Numbered from the stretch's first letter, positions 1 through 14,014 are shown. The stretch: 64,000 bases of DNA from Nageia nagi (GCA_050084985.1 JBITNC010000001.1:15190001-15254000), one strand, 5' to 3'. Program-made: numbers and translations. The notes: generated by a model from the sequence alone, not told the origin.

Positions 1-89
1 TAGACCTCCTTTGTGAGTTCCTTCATTAAAAAGTGCATTTTTTTCCTTCTATAATTAGTATGGCTCAAGGACAAATTACTACCCAAAAT

Positions 90-1700
90 GATATTCCTAA
101 TTAGACTGATGTTAGCCATTGGTTATAAAAGCTATGAAAATACTAGCTAAGTATGATGCAAGTGGAAAAAATCCTTATGAACATTGATAGGATGTAGGTT
201 CTCTTGATAGCATGCTGAATGAAAATACTACCTAAGTATGATGAGACTTTTAATGTTCTCCTTTCCTAAAAAATTTGTTAAATAGTTTAGGACTCTACCT
301 TTCTAGTCCATAAACACATGGGCAAACTTTTGTAAAGCCTTGGATAATCATTTTGGTAGAGATGGAAAATAATTTTATTTATGCAATCAACTCATTACTA
401 TTTAAAAACATCCTCATAAAATTATGGATGATTTCAACTTGAGGTTTGAAAAGACCTGAAAAAGAATTCTATTAATAATTAAATGAAATGTTGATCATGC
501 TCTCATATGCTTTAGGAAATATTTCCATCCAAAAGAGTTAAGGAGAATCTTGTGGCTAGTGGAAAGTTTCCTCCTAGAGGATTAATGCCTCATTTTCCTA
601 ACTTACCCCATAAGAATCTCAAATGTTGAATCCTAACCATGGAGTATTGGTATTAACCCCTCCACCACCAAAAGCCCCATATTAGTCTCAACCACTCATG
701 TTATCTTCTCCTCCAAATGTAAACATAAATACCAATTCTCAATATCAAGAATGATTAAACGACTGGAGATGACCATAAGAAATTTGGCAAATCAACTTAT
801 GCTAACAAAAAATACAAAATAAGAATCTAGCATATAAGACAACAAATTACACCTTTCCAAGAAAATATCCTCAATATCAAATTCCTACTAGTCAAGATAC
901 TTCTTCTATTTAGATAGTTATGGTATATACAACCACTTTTGAATTTAGTTCATCTAGGATGACTCAATGATATCCTCCTTATGTTGATCATCATTCACTT
1001 GACTCATGCATAGTTTATCAGCATCAATATTTGGGTATGCATTCTGACCAAATGGTGGAATATCCTACAAGTCTATAATAATAAAAAATTACTATTTATT
1101 TAATATCAAATGTGATAATGATGAATCTACAAGCACCTATGGTCACTGCTGATCAAACAACAAAAGTAAATATGAGAGCTTTTGCATATGTATTACCTCA
1201 ACAGGTCATACTCCTACAAGAAATGTACCTAATCCTAAAAGAACTAAATTCATAGTGCAACTCATAGCAAATATTTCAACTTTAAATAAATAATAGATAT
1301 CAAAAAAGATCTCATAGGCCCTGAAAAGGGCTTTATGATAAAAAAATTCAATAGCATATGGAAGTTAACCTATTGAAAATCAAATACCTCCTATTGAAAA
1401 GGTAACTTTACCTCCAAAAGCTCTTGAACAGTAACAAATAAATTTATTTTTCCCAAATATCTGTGTATTACTAAGCAACAAAGACAAAGGGCTACTCAAC
1501 AATACAAGGGAAATAATACACCAAACTTGAGTACGTTGACTCTTCCTATATCATATGATATTATGGAAGAATTAAAAATAACTCTAGCAAAGATATATAT
1601 ATTTGATGCATTGAGAATTCCTAGTCATATGGACCTATTACAAGAAGTATTGGCAATAAAAAATAGTAAAACATAATACTTTGGTAATAATGACATGTTG
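90..1700 (+). pseudogene. gag: gag remnant of element A
   Basis: Similar to the reverse complement of element B gag (e.g. aagtatgatgcaagtggaaaaaatccttatgaacat, gatgatttcaacttgaggtttgaaaagac, FDALRI-coding segment); many stops. Confidence 0.7.
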
Positions 1701-1819
1701 CTTAATGTAGAATTGCCTCCACCAACCCCTATAGTTTTGGTTAGACCTCCTCCATTCTATATTTATCTAATATTTGAAGGATGTATTGTACATAATTATC
1801 TTATGGATATGAGAGTTGT

Positions 1820-3654
1820 TGTTGATCAAGATAATGTAACCTAAGGGTTTAGTTTGGCAAGTTCTCCATTGCTTTATAACAATAGGGTTCTTGAAAGAGT
1901 AGAAGTGGTTGGATAATATGCTCATGGGGTTTTCTACATAATATTCAAGTTATAGGTCGGTTCCTATCTATGAAAAAGGTTGAAACTAATAGGAAAGAGA
2001 TAAAAACCTAAACTATTGAATAAGAAAATACAAAGAACATAAAAATAAACCATACTAATCAACCCAAGCATCAATTCTCAAGAAGTAATCCATAGCTAAG
2101 ACTAAGGATAGATCAACTACCTCACTCTTAGGGTCTCGCAAGTGCAATATGCAACCACAACTGTAGACAAACCTTCATACATAACAATAAAAAAATAAGA
2201 TAATAGCCACAAAATGCAAAGGGAAAAATACCATAATATTGCATTATCATATATGGAAATAATTCTTACACTAGGCAACTTTGCTAAATGTGTGACCTTT
2301 TGGACCCCTAATGATCCACTATTTATAATATTCTATTTACAATGGGTGGTTATCCACCATTAAAGACTATAACTACCTCTTTGAATAAGAACAATATAAA
2401 CTTAAATATTTACAACATGTATAGGAGAATCTGTAACTGTAACTAATTATGGATTATGGTCCCAATGCAGTGCTAATTCTTGGAATTTATAGACCTTCAA
2501 TCATGTACCTATCCAATCGTAATCAGTTAGCCTTTGTCTCTTGATCATGGTACATTTGAACTATTGTAGAATTTATGAGATATGGTTCACCATCTTTGTA
2601 TGTACAATGAACTTGCTTCATCAATCGATGACCTAGCAACCCTTTATGATCATTAAATGTTTCTTCTATAGTTCTACTATTTAATATTGTAAGGGTGAAG
2701 GAAGATATAACCATTCAAACCTAAGAGTGAACTACTACTACCATGTGGAAATGAGTTGTAATTGACATATTGGTAGAGTTTTGAGGGTCACACACTCTTG
2801 CTTAAGTGGAACCAGGTGTTCATCTTCTCTTATAGTCTTTACTTATCCCTAGTAGCTCTTGTTATGCTTTGGTAGGGATTATTGAATACCTATGGAACTT
2901 ATCACTCACCAATTTCTCCTTAAAAGTGTGACATCATCACTCAAAATTGGTAGGGTCTATTGAATATAGATTTGTGAATATCTCCTACCTTGAAGAACTA
3001 TTAGGAGCACCTGTTGACTAATCCATCTAAAGTCCACTAATTTTTGACTAAAGATATGATGTCACCATTATATTTTCATGGTCCTTACTTCACTTAACTC
3101 TTGTGACAACATTATCTACTACATGAATTAACCTAAACTAATAACTATGTACAATAGGGCCCAATAATAACCCTTGAACTATATAAGAATGAAACTTAAG
3201 TATTGGACTCAAGATAGGGCCCAGATTAGACCTAAACAAACCCATAAATGACTTAGCCAATTTTACAAAATGGACACTCTCCATTTTATGACTTATACAC
3301 ATATCTTGAACATGACTCATTCAACTATGTACAAATAACACCTGCCTTGAAACAAAATGGTAGTTTTGAATTACTTTTTAGTGACTAAGATCTAGCAATA
3401 TGAACATGACCTAGAAATATCTTAAACAAAACCAAGCCATAGCTAAGTGCATATATACACAAGATTCTTGAGCAAAGACTAAGCATATACAATTTTATAC
3501 TGAAGACTAAATCTATACAAGTATTTACAATTGAAATAAAAGGGAATAAAAAGTGGGAATTATATAAGGGGTTTTATTGGGAAAAATAATGAATGAAAGA
3601 ATAATGAATGTAAAGAATATTACCCTTTTAGAGTGTAATTCTACAATAATAACA
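1820..3654 (-). repeat. 3' LTR of element B
   Basis: tgttgatcaag...aataaca; roughly 85-90% identical by eye to 14015-15828; TATA-like tataaatag on - strand near 2320. Confidence 0.95.
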
Positions 3655-3659
3655 ATCTT

Positions 3660-6600
3660 CTAAAGGCTCTTTTGAGTCTTCAATGTGCTAAAGAATAGGA
3701 TCCTTACTAACCACTCCCACTTGCTTGCCTAGTTGTATCCTTTTATGGGACTTGTTATTGAGGGATCAATTCTATTGGCAAAAAGGGTAGCCATTTCTTG
3801 TACAAATCCTATAAATCCTTATCATCTACTTGTGATAGTATGGGTAATGCTAAAAATATTTCAATTTTTGCTTTGAAGCCCATTAGGACATTGTCCAATC
3901 TACCAAAATTCAAAAATCTTGTAACTACCTCTTGAGCTTGCTCATTCATCTCTTGCAAATCTACAAGTTGCTTCTCAAACAAGTTTATTGCTTCATCTTT
4001 TTCCAAAAATGATTTATTATTTACCACCCATCCATTGGCACTACTTTATACATCTAACTCCTCCCATAATTTGGGATCCTTCAATTGAATTAAAGAATTA
4101 AAAAAAATATTCACAAAACTTATCTCTACTTTTATTTGACCTTTTTTCAAGCCTAGGGCTAATGCTAAATTCTTTAAATCATATATATATTCTATTGTTC
4201 TGAAAATTATTTGTCTTGGCCTTAGATTTATAGTAGCCAAAACTTTTTCTATTATGATCTTGAGCCAGCTTTTCATTTACTCAATTTTTTCTCTTGAGGC
4301 TACTAGGGCCAACTATTGGAGTGTAGTATGAGCATCATACTAAAGTACAACCTATTATGCTTGAGTTTTCAAATGATACAACTTTTACAAGCTAACCATT
4401 CTCTCTCCAACTTGCTCCACTAAATTATTCCTATAATTTTTAATAATCTACAACAACTTTACCTTGTCATCATTTAAAATTTTATTAGTTTCCATAATAT
4501 TTTTAAGCTCTTTCTTTATTTTTTGAGCTTTTTTCTTGTCAATTACGCTTGGACTGAGCCTTTAGCTCTTTAGTTTGTTTCTTTAACTTCTCCATCTCTA
4601 CCTTAGCATCCTACATGATCTTATCATGCTCATATTTCTATTTGGCCAACTTTTGAATTAACTCATTATTTTTGTTTTACAATCCCAACACCATTTTATC
4701 CTTCTATGAGCAATCTTCTTTGAATTGATCAACTTTCTTATTTAGTTTCTTTATTTTATTCTACATAGGCTAGAGATTTTTTCCCATTGCCAGGGTAATA
4801 TTTACCAAAAACCTAGACTAATCCACTTTTAGGGAATTTTGCATTTTAACATCTACTACAAAGATAAGGGTTTTGTCTAAGGTCTCTTCCTTGAAGGGCA
4901 TCTATACAATTCTAATAACCCTTGTATATGTAACTCTACTAAAAAATCTTCCTTCTTGCTCTAGGAGTGTAGGGTTTTATTAATAAATGTTACCTATTCA
5001 ATGGGCTCTATCACTTACATCAAAAAATGCTTTGTATTTCCTCATCTGAGGTGGTTGAATAAGGAATTAAAGAATGTTGAGATGTACATGCCTTAGAAGT
5101 TGATGCAAGTGTTTTTGGAGCAAACATATCTTTTATTATTTCCAAAAGGGGTTCTTCTTATTATTTTTGTTCTTCTACTTAAGTAGTGGCTTCTTCTTTC
5201 TCTTGTATCTTGTCCATTGGGTTGAAGTATTTCTTCTTATTGGGATCATCATCATCATCATCATCTTTTCCAGCTTCTCCACCTACTGCTACTATTATTT
5301 TCCCTACTCCAAGCACATTCCCTCCCTATTGTTGCACTTCATCCTCAAGCTCTTCTGGTGCATATTGAAATACTACCATGCCTATGCTTTGGGGTTTATG
5401 GGTATCTACATCTCTAACAGTTTTGTATCTCTTTTACTTGGCTTTGGATCTTCTTCATGTATCTGTGGCGATGGGATCTGAGCATTCTTAGCCACTGTTG
5501 GATTTATTGGAGTCTTTTGTGCTTTATTTGGGGTCTATTGCTCATCGATTGGTTCTTTGAATATTAACTTAATTCTTCTTTATTTCTTTAGGGAAGTCTC
5601 CACAAGAGTAGTAGGTGTTTCAACCAAAGTTTCATTTCTCTTCCTTGGTCCTACCTTGGAGCTTGAACTTTCTTCAAGTTTTCTTCTCTTTAGCTCCTTA
5701 AGCTCTTCTACTTGTTATGCTAATGGCTAATCATCTTGTGATGCCTTGCCTTCAAAATTCATGAATAATGGTTGCCCTATTTCTGGCAATAGGTCTTTCA
5801 GATATTATGAATGCTAGTAGTGATCATGCTTGAATTCACCAAAAGGATTATTTTCCACATGTACCACCTTTGTGGTATATTCAAATCTATATTTTGTAAA
5901 ATATTCAATTTTATTGGGATCCCATTTACATTCATCTTGGAACTATACAATAACCTTTAGGATCAAAGCAAAATCTTGTCTCTTGGTTTCCCATAGTTTA
6001 TATTTCTTTATTCCCTCAAAGGTCATCCATGCCATATCCAAAATGCCAAATTCCCACTTTGAGGAGGCTTCAGCTTCCTTATCCATTTGTTTTACAAAAT
6101 ATTCAACATGTGATCAAGCTTCATGACTAAATATCAGGTGTTTCTTATTTACTTTTACATTTTTTTAAATTCCCCTATGGGGTCATACATCCATGGCAAT
6201 TCTAATTTTTCTAATTTAAAATTTTGAATCAAAAAATTAGATAACTCTTCTATACATTCTACTCTTAACAAAGTGAAACTTTTTCTATAGCAGGCATTTT
6301 GATTACAGGCTTAAAATTACCTCCTGATCTATATCTAGTTTCTATGGCACATATTTGTCTACCCATATCTAAAGAATATAATTAGGGGGTAAAAGAATTG
6401 GGTAGCAAGAAAGGAGTTTCAAAATACCTATACCTTATAATTACATTCCTTTCCTTTAGGAACTACTAGTCTCCAATTTTATTTTTGCCTTGCAGCTCTT
6501 TTGGATAGTCTAGTGCAATCTATGGATAGTTCTCCCTATGAGAATCTTCATGATAGGGGAAAACTATTTCTCCATGAAATCATAATATCAACCATGAAAT

Positions 6601-7517
6601 TTGGTAAGTGTCTAAACCCTCATATCAATTGGTACAGGAGCTATGGAAGTACTTTCTAGCACTATGGATAACCCTTCATCAACCAAAAATTGTAAATTTT
6701 GGTGGACTATCAACCACCATAAATATGAGGAGTTCCTGAAATCTCCCTTATTGATATTAAATAGATTATTTATAGTTGCATTCGATAATAAGGTAGCAAA
6801 ATCATAACAAACCAAACCTTCAATAATGTTATAAGCCATCCTGACCATGGCTTCATCTATTTCTATTTGGGTCATCCAACCAAGAATGATTACTAGAGCT
6901 CATAGGACCTATTTGTCCCATAATTTTTCAAACTTATCAACATCATAGCTCTAGTGCATCTTGGTGGTATTTTTGGCATATCTCTCATTGATCTAGTTGA
7001 TCATGTCATCCCCATATTAATAAAAGTCTTGCTTTTCCTTTTTTAGATCAATTTGGTTTTTAACATGAGAGGTCCAATTGTTAGGAACTATAAATGCATT
7101 TATAATGATGGTAGGGGTGTATTTTAGGAAGGTGTCTAGCTGATACTCTAACTCTTCCTCACCCTCCTTTTTCTCCTTATATTCCCTTACGATGTAGCTC
7201 TATAGACTGTGCCTTAATGCTATGGCAATGAGGAGTTTCAGGAAGGTAAAAGACTCATATGGAATAAAATATGCCATGCTTTGATTGATCATCACATTAT
7301 CCCATATTTTCATAATTTTACCTTTTCCAATGACCTTCAACCTCTCATGTTGTAATAATGGCCTTTCAAGGTCCACACACTAGGTATCCATGTGACTCAA
7401 AACCTCCCTCTTCATCTAGTCCACTTTGGGAGCATTCTCTAGGTATTCTTCATGTATTTTTGACAGTTCCTCAGCTCCCTTCCCTGAAACAATTGTGGCC
7501 TACTCTAGTTTAACCAT
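3660..7517 (-). pseudogene. Decayed extra ORF (~3.8 kb) downstream of pol in element B
   Basis: Same-sense ORF fragments 6612-6875, 4046-4276 and 3809-4027; acidic/basic stretch GKDDDDDDDPNKKK from an (ATC)7 run at ~5245-5265; homologous to the element A extra ORF. Confidence 0.7.
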
Positions 7518-8084
7518 TATACTTAGTAATTTCATAGTAGATCTAGTAAACATAAAGCTCCCATTCAACTATGTCATCAATAAAACTCCTTCACACCCTA
7601 CCACTAAAAGCTCTGAGAATAATATAGCTTTGTAAACACTCAAAAACTTGGGCCCTCAAATTTCCTAAGTGAGGAATTATAGAGTTAGGACTATGTTTTA
7701 TTTATTTGGGATTTTTGACTCCCACTTATTAATGAAAATTAATGCATTAGGAATGTTGGGATTTGCATGGAGTGTTGTGTCATACTTGATAGGTAGGATA
7801 GCATTTAACTCAGTTGCATTGATTTAAATTATGAGGTGAGGTGTAGGATAGGAGCTTTTTTTTAGGCAATCCAATGTTGGAAGGCCAATCCTTTGATAAT
7901 ACATATTGCAACCATCAAACTTGACCACCACCATGTCTAGTAAATGTTAATATTAATGGCTATTTAACACCTTGGGAAGTGCACTGATGGAAAACATAAT
8001 ATATATAATTTTTTTAAAGTATCAAAAGTAAGAGCTATTTATACTATAAATGCTTAATGAGTGTTCTAAAATCACCCAATTATC

Positions 8085-11000
8085 TGGTAATGTTTGAGAT
8101 GGATCTTGTTCACTGGTATAGGTAGCTCCTAGGACCCAAAACTATCTCATAGTCTAAACACATTATTTTGAATGGCCTCAATGATAATATAAGGGCTGCT
8201 CCATCAGGAATCAAATTTTTGGTGCCTCTTGATATTTTCTCTTTTCTTGTCCCATTTTAGGACTATATCTCCAACTTCAAACTTCACTTGGGAAGACTTC
8301 TTTTTGTTGAACCACCTTTTAATAATATTTTTTCTATGTTGGAAAGTCTGATAATCTTTATTTTTATCTTCTTCTAGCTTGATCAATTGATTTAATCTAA
8401 CTTGCAATGGCTCAAAGTCATAATCTTCCAAATCATAGAGAATGTTTAGTACATGAAACTTTAGATGAATAGGTAGCACTAGTATCTTACCATAAACTAA
8501 TGCATAGGGAGATGTTTTGATAGCTGACTTGATACTGATTCTATCATCCCATAATGCATAGTCTAACTTTGTGTGCAACTACCTAGGATGATAGAGCCAT
8601 TATCTGATAGCTAAGAAAAGCATTACGACCAATGAATGTAGAGACATTATCTAATACAATGGTATGTGGGATATCAAAATGAGTGATCAATCTCTTTATC
8701 ATCTCTATTACTACCTCTTGATCTACACTCTTACATAGTATGAATTTTGACCATCTTGTAAAGTAGTCTATTATAGTCAAGATAAATTCATGATTTGTTG
8801 AAGATTTAATATTAATAACACCAATGAAATTCAAACCACATTGTTGAAAGGGTTCTTCAACAACCACAAGTTTCATAGGCATAGCAACTTGTCTTCTCTT
8901 ACCCACATACCTGCTATATTTATCACATTCTCAAGCTATTTTGAAAAGTAGGCCAATAATATCTCACTTGTAATATATTTACTATTGTAGTAGGACCACT
9001 GTAATGTCCTTCAGAAAATCCATAGTGAAACTCATGTAAGATCCTATGAGCTTCATATTAAGTTACACATCTTAATAGGGTTTGATAAAAAAATTTCCTT
9101 TCTTCTAAAATAAATAATATTTTGCTTTATCCAATCACTCTCCTCATTTGCATGCTCATCATCCTCAATAATAACAATCATGTGTGTTGCCTCTATTATG
9201 TTTTCATAGAGAGATCTTCCTTGATAAGCCTGGTTGGTTTAATTTCAACATCATATTTCATTATCCTTGTAATCCAACCATCTTTTTCTTCATCTAATTC
9301 TCCTTGGATAACATAATTTCTTACATCAAGGTGAATGGTGTAAACCAAAATTTTATTCTGAGACACATAATACTTAAACTTTTTAACCCTCTCATAAAAA
9401 AAAATACTTACTCCTTAATGAATGAGTACCTTTTTTGATGTTGATGCAGTGTTTAACTATGAAAGGCTATATAATGTTCTTTTTTATCATCCTTTTATGC
9501 TAGAATGGTCGTAATGTTTTTCTTAGCTCCATAATTATACATAATAAAATCCTTAGAAAAATATAGATTTTTCAAAATTGGAGCTTCTGTTGTTTCTCTC
9601 TTGATGTTATGAAAATCTTATTTTGCTCATATGACCAAGAAAACTGAGCATGTTTCTTCAGCATTGTAGTGATTGGAGAAATAATCTTAGAAAAATCTCT
9701 AATAAATTTTCTAACAAAATTAATTTGACCAAGGAAGGACTATAAGGCCTTCTTATTTGAGGGAAAAGGCAATGCCTCAATAGGTTTGACCCTATCAAGA
9801 TAAATTGCTAGCACTTATCCTAAAATAATATGACCAAGTAATTTTTCCTAGTTTACCATAAAAATAGATTTTTTAGGATTAATGGAAATCCCAAATTACA
9901 TGGATTTCTCAAAAACTTTCCTAAGGTGGTGTATGTGATCCTTTCTACTTTTATAAAATACAATAATATCATCTAAATAAATCAAGATTAATTTTTTGAT
10001 CAACTCATCAAAGGCATGGTCCATAGCTCTCTGAAATGTAGCCCTAGCATTAGAGAGACCAAAAGGCATTCTCTAAAATGCAAATGTTACACACTTAGTT
10101 GTAAAAGTAGTTTTATACTAGTCCTCATCCTTTACCTAGATTTGATTTAATCTTAGAAAGCTATCAATCATAGAAAAACAACATGCACTAGCTACTGTTT
10201 GTAGGATTTATTCCATAGGAGGAAGAGGATAGTTATATTTTAGGGACACTTGATTTAGATTCTTGAAATCCACACATAGTTTGATTTCTCTATTCTATTT
10301 TCTTATTTGGACCAAGTTAGCTACCCAAGTAGAGTGCTTAAGAGGATAAATTATTTTAGCATCTAGGAGCTTAAGCAACTCTTGTTTCATAGCTTCTTCT
10401 ATCCTTGGGTTTACAAGCCTCTACTTTTGCCTATATGGTTTTGCATCTGGCATAAGTTCAATGGTATGTTGGATCACATTCTTATCATAAGTTTTGAGAT
10501 CATCATAAGTCCACGTAATTACCTTGGTGAACTCATGATAAATTTGAAGTAGCATTTTTTTCTTCCTCAGTGCATTATGATCAAATATTTATACTTTTTT
10601 TTTATTTCAACTTCCATATCCAAATGAATTTCCTTTTGAATAGCTAGTATTTTGTACCTTTGAATTTTTTTATAGTCAAATAATCATTCAAAAGAAAGTA
10701 AAACTCTAGGTATAACATTATTTCTTAGTTGAATAACATCTTATTCTTAAAAATAATTAAGGTGTTTTGTGACACCAAAGGTGTGAGCTACTACTTCATC
10801 TATCAAAAAATTAATAATATGATCATCAGAGTTAAAGGCATACCAAAAATTTATAGTATTAGGTATAGATGGCCTACACAAAATTTGACTCTATAGCTTC
10901 CTCTTTTGTGATGAGTAGAATTAAAATGTGCTCCTTTACAAGAAAGTACATCAACAATTCAATTTAATTTTTTAGGAATTATAATGAAATTGATTGCCAA

Positions 11001-13630
11001 TAATGATTTAAGTAGGTCCCATACCCTATTCCTATTAGTATTCAAATAATGATGCCTTGCACTAATCTTATCTGTCACTTGATTAATGAGTAGCTCAGAA
11101 TCCCCATGGACTACTAGATATCTGACACCCATGTTGATAGATTTAGATAGCCCTAAATAGAGATCTTCATATTTAGCTACATTATTGGTGCAAGTCCATG
11201 TGAATATGAAAGAAAACCTTTTCATATGTCCCTCAGGTGACTTAAAAACAACACCAACACTGCAAGAATGCTTGCATCTAGCCCCATCAAAGAACATTGT
11301 CCATACTTCATGTTCCCTTTTAGTTCATATTAAAATTGGTTGAATATTCTCATGCAAGCAATAATTACACATACCAATATTAATGACCTAATAATTAATG
11401 TCATTTGCTAAAATTATGTTCATGGTTATTAAGGATTCGATGAGTGGATCCCTTTCAAAGATATCTACTTCATCAAATTCATTCATACAATTTTATTTAG
11501 TGATCTTCATTAGATGAACATTATTGGTAACCTCATTTGGGACTTTGACATGCTTATTCTTGAAATGAAGTAGGATATTTGTGTAATATAAAGATATATA
11601 TCCTCCTAACTTGGCAGTAAACTCTCTAGACAAGTAGATTCTAAAAAGAGGTGGAAGATCAACTACAATAATATCTTGAATGACAAAAATATTAATGATT
11701 GCATTTAGAGTTATGGCAACTCCTTTGACCCTACCAATCAAATAAATTTGGGAAAAATCTAGTTGTATAAATCCATCAATGCATCAAGTTATGTATAATT
11801 TCATTTCATCTATAACAACTTTAGAAATGATAGTACTAGCAACTTTAGTATCAATTATACAATTGTTAACAACCCAACCTTCTAATCTAAGAGACATATA
11901 GAATGGTGGACATCTTCTTATACCTATTGGAACTGGATGGACATCATCAAAATTTATAAATACTACATTGTTCTCATTAGTCCTTTTCTTACTATTCTTT
12001 ATTTTCAAAGCTTCTTGCAAAAGATCAAGTTGACCCAGAATTCTCAATGCATCAAACATAGTCATTTTTTAGGTGTTATTTTTAATTCTTCTACTATATT
12101 GTATGAAACATAAAGAGATGACTTACTTCTTTTACTGCGATGATAAGATCTAAATTGCTAAGTAGCCTTCTCCTTTTATTATTCAGTTATGAAAGGATAT
12201 TTTACTGGAGAAGTTCTCTCCCTCTTTGGGGCTTCATTTCTAGTCTAAGTAGGGTTTCTTATAGTAGGAGAAACATTACCCAGACCTTATGGAATTTGAC
12301 TTAGATGACTCAAAAGTTGTTTTTTTGGATTAGGTGGTTGAAATATTAGAGCCTTAGCTCTCTTTGGATTAGGTGCAATTGAAGTAGATGCCTTATTTAG
12401 CTAGAGTGACTTGGGCCTATTGTAGGGTTACTAAATTAAAAGCTATAGTTTGTACATAGTTTGCCTATTCTCCAGCATAACCTAGAATCCAAAAATTAAC
12501 CATGGTAACATTTGCAATAGGGTTTGATGTAGGATATACCATTTTGTTAGAATGTAAGCCCAAGTATTATTGTTTATAGATCACATAGGATTCTAGAAAA
12601 TGTAGATCAAAATAAGGAGGATACCATTTTGTAACACCCGAAGCATCACTTTCTATAGAACTAGCCATGATTGCATTATCTATAGCTTTGGGAGTAGGAG
12701 GTTGTTTTGGTTGGTTATTTCTAGGTTGGAATCTCAACTAATATTGATTATTATATCTTCTAAAATTCTATCCTTGATTCTAACTCTCTTGAAAAGTGAG
12801 CTTGTTTGTTAAGTTCATAATAGTTATCTCTAGTTGTCTTATCCTCTCATCCTCTTGTGAGTTTGAACTAGTACTTGTACTTGTTGATGCAAGAGCTGGT
12901 AAAGCTAGTACTTGGTTTTGAGTAATAGGTATAGGAGGAGGAGGTGGTAAAGCTAAAACTCCTGGATGAGAAATTGGTAGTGGAACTTACTTTGGAGGTA
13001 AATTAGTAAATAAAGGCATAATATATCTTGGTTACATTTTACCAAAAGACACCAAGGTATGCTCAATAGTTTTAGTTATCTAATAAACATTTAGGAAAGT
13101 ATCCCCACACATAACAATTAACACATTTAAATTTTAGTGAAATGATTTCCTATAGTATACCAAGGCTTGAGCATTTATTGGTCTGATCCTTACTAGAATG
13201 GAATTACAAGTTTTCTCAAATCTTATATTGAAATCATCCACAAAATCATGAGGATATCTTTTAAAACATGTTATTAAGGCTTAAAAAAGGTACTATCATC
13301 ATTATCTTCAATAAATATTTTTATTAAAACTTGACATAATTCTCCCCATGTATTTATAGACTAAGGAGTTAGGGTTCTAAACCATTCTACTAGTTTTCCT
13401 TCAAAAGAATGTGATAACAACCTAGTCATGATAGTTTCATCTATAATATCAAAACTTGATGCCAGGAGGGATACATCTTGATAATGCTCATAAGGAATTT
13501 TTGCTGACCCATCATACTTAGGCAAAACCTTAAATTTCACTTGGGGAATAGCTAGAGAATTAGCAAGAACTACTAATGGATGACTATTATTCTAAGCAGA
13601 AAAATATGTGGGGGTAGGTTGAGCCATGTT
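8085..13630 (-). pseudogene. gag-pol: gag-pol remnant of element B
   Basis: gag ~13630-12100; protease (NCIIDTKVAS, 11784-12065); aRH (FFDGARCK...NNVAKYE...GDSELLINQV, 10959-11297); RT (LIYLDDII ~9962-9986); RH ~9200-9560; INT ORFs 8583-8906 and 8204-8578. Confidence 0.93.
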
Positions 13631-13976
13631 TAGATCAACTATGTCAAATGAAGGATTTTGCTGGACAGAGTCAAATATAGTATATAATGGAATAGCTATT
13701 AGGGGAATTTATGGGGATAGAGTTTGATAAATATTTCACCTATCCTCCTTTGAGGAAGTGATAGCTCTTGAAATCTAGGCTATCGAGAAGAATTTTTACC
13801 ACTACTTCTAGTAAATCTATGAATTCGAATTGCTAGCATTCAAAAAAATGATTGGTATGATAGTAGAGTCATCAATAAGGTCTAATAAACCTTATAATAG
13901 TTAAATAACAAGGGTTATAACCTACCATACATAGCTATCTATCCTATTCATGTCTAAATGATTTAGATCTTTACTT

Positions 13977-13996
13977 GAGTCCCATCGGGTGTGCCA
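13977..13996 (-). other. Primer binding site of element B, probably tRNA-Arg
   Basis: - strand TGGCACACCCGATGGGACTC; the + strand gagtcccatcgggtgtgcca resembles the 3' end of plant tRNA-Arg(UCU)+CCA as recalled, 1 mismatch. Confidence 0.8.
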
Positions 13997-14014
13997 AAAA
14001 TGAATGTAAACTAT

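Noticed and set aside
135-244. 24-bp repeat tgaaaatacta.ctaagtatgatg, 85 bp apart
   Set aside because: Probably a small local duplication in dead gag, with no sign of function
2523-2714. Paralogous short ORFs 2523-2714 and 14714-14905 as a duplicated gene
   Set aside because: Both lie inside the two LTRs of element B, so LTR duplication explains the similarity
5167-5481. Hydrophobic + strand ORF as a membrane/env protein
   Set aside because: It is the antisense shadow of the purine-rich extra ORF and its (GAT)n run
13977-13996. tRNA gene
   Set aside because: Only the 3' 20 nt including CCA match; this is a PBS
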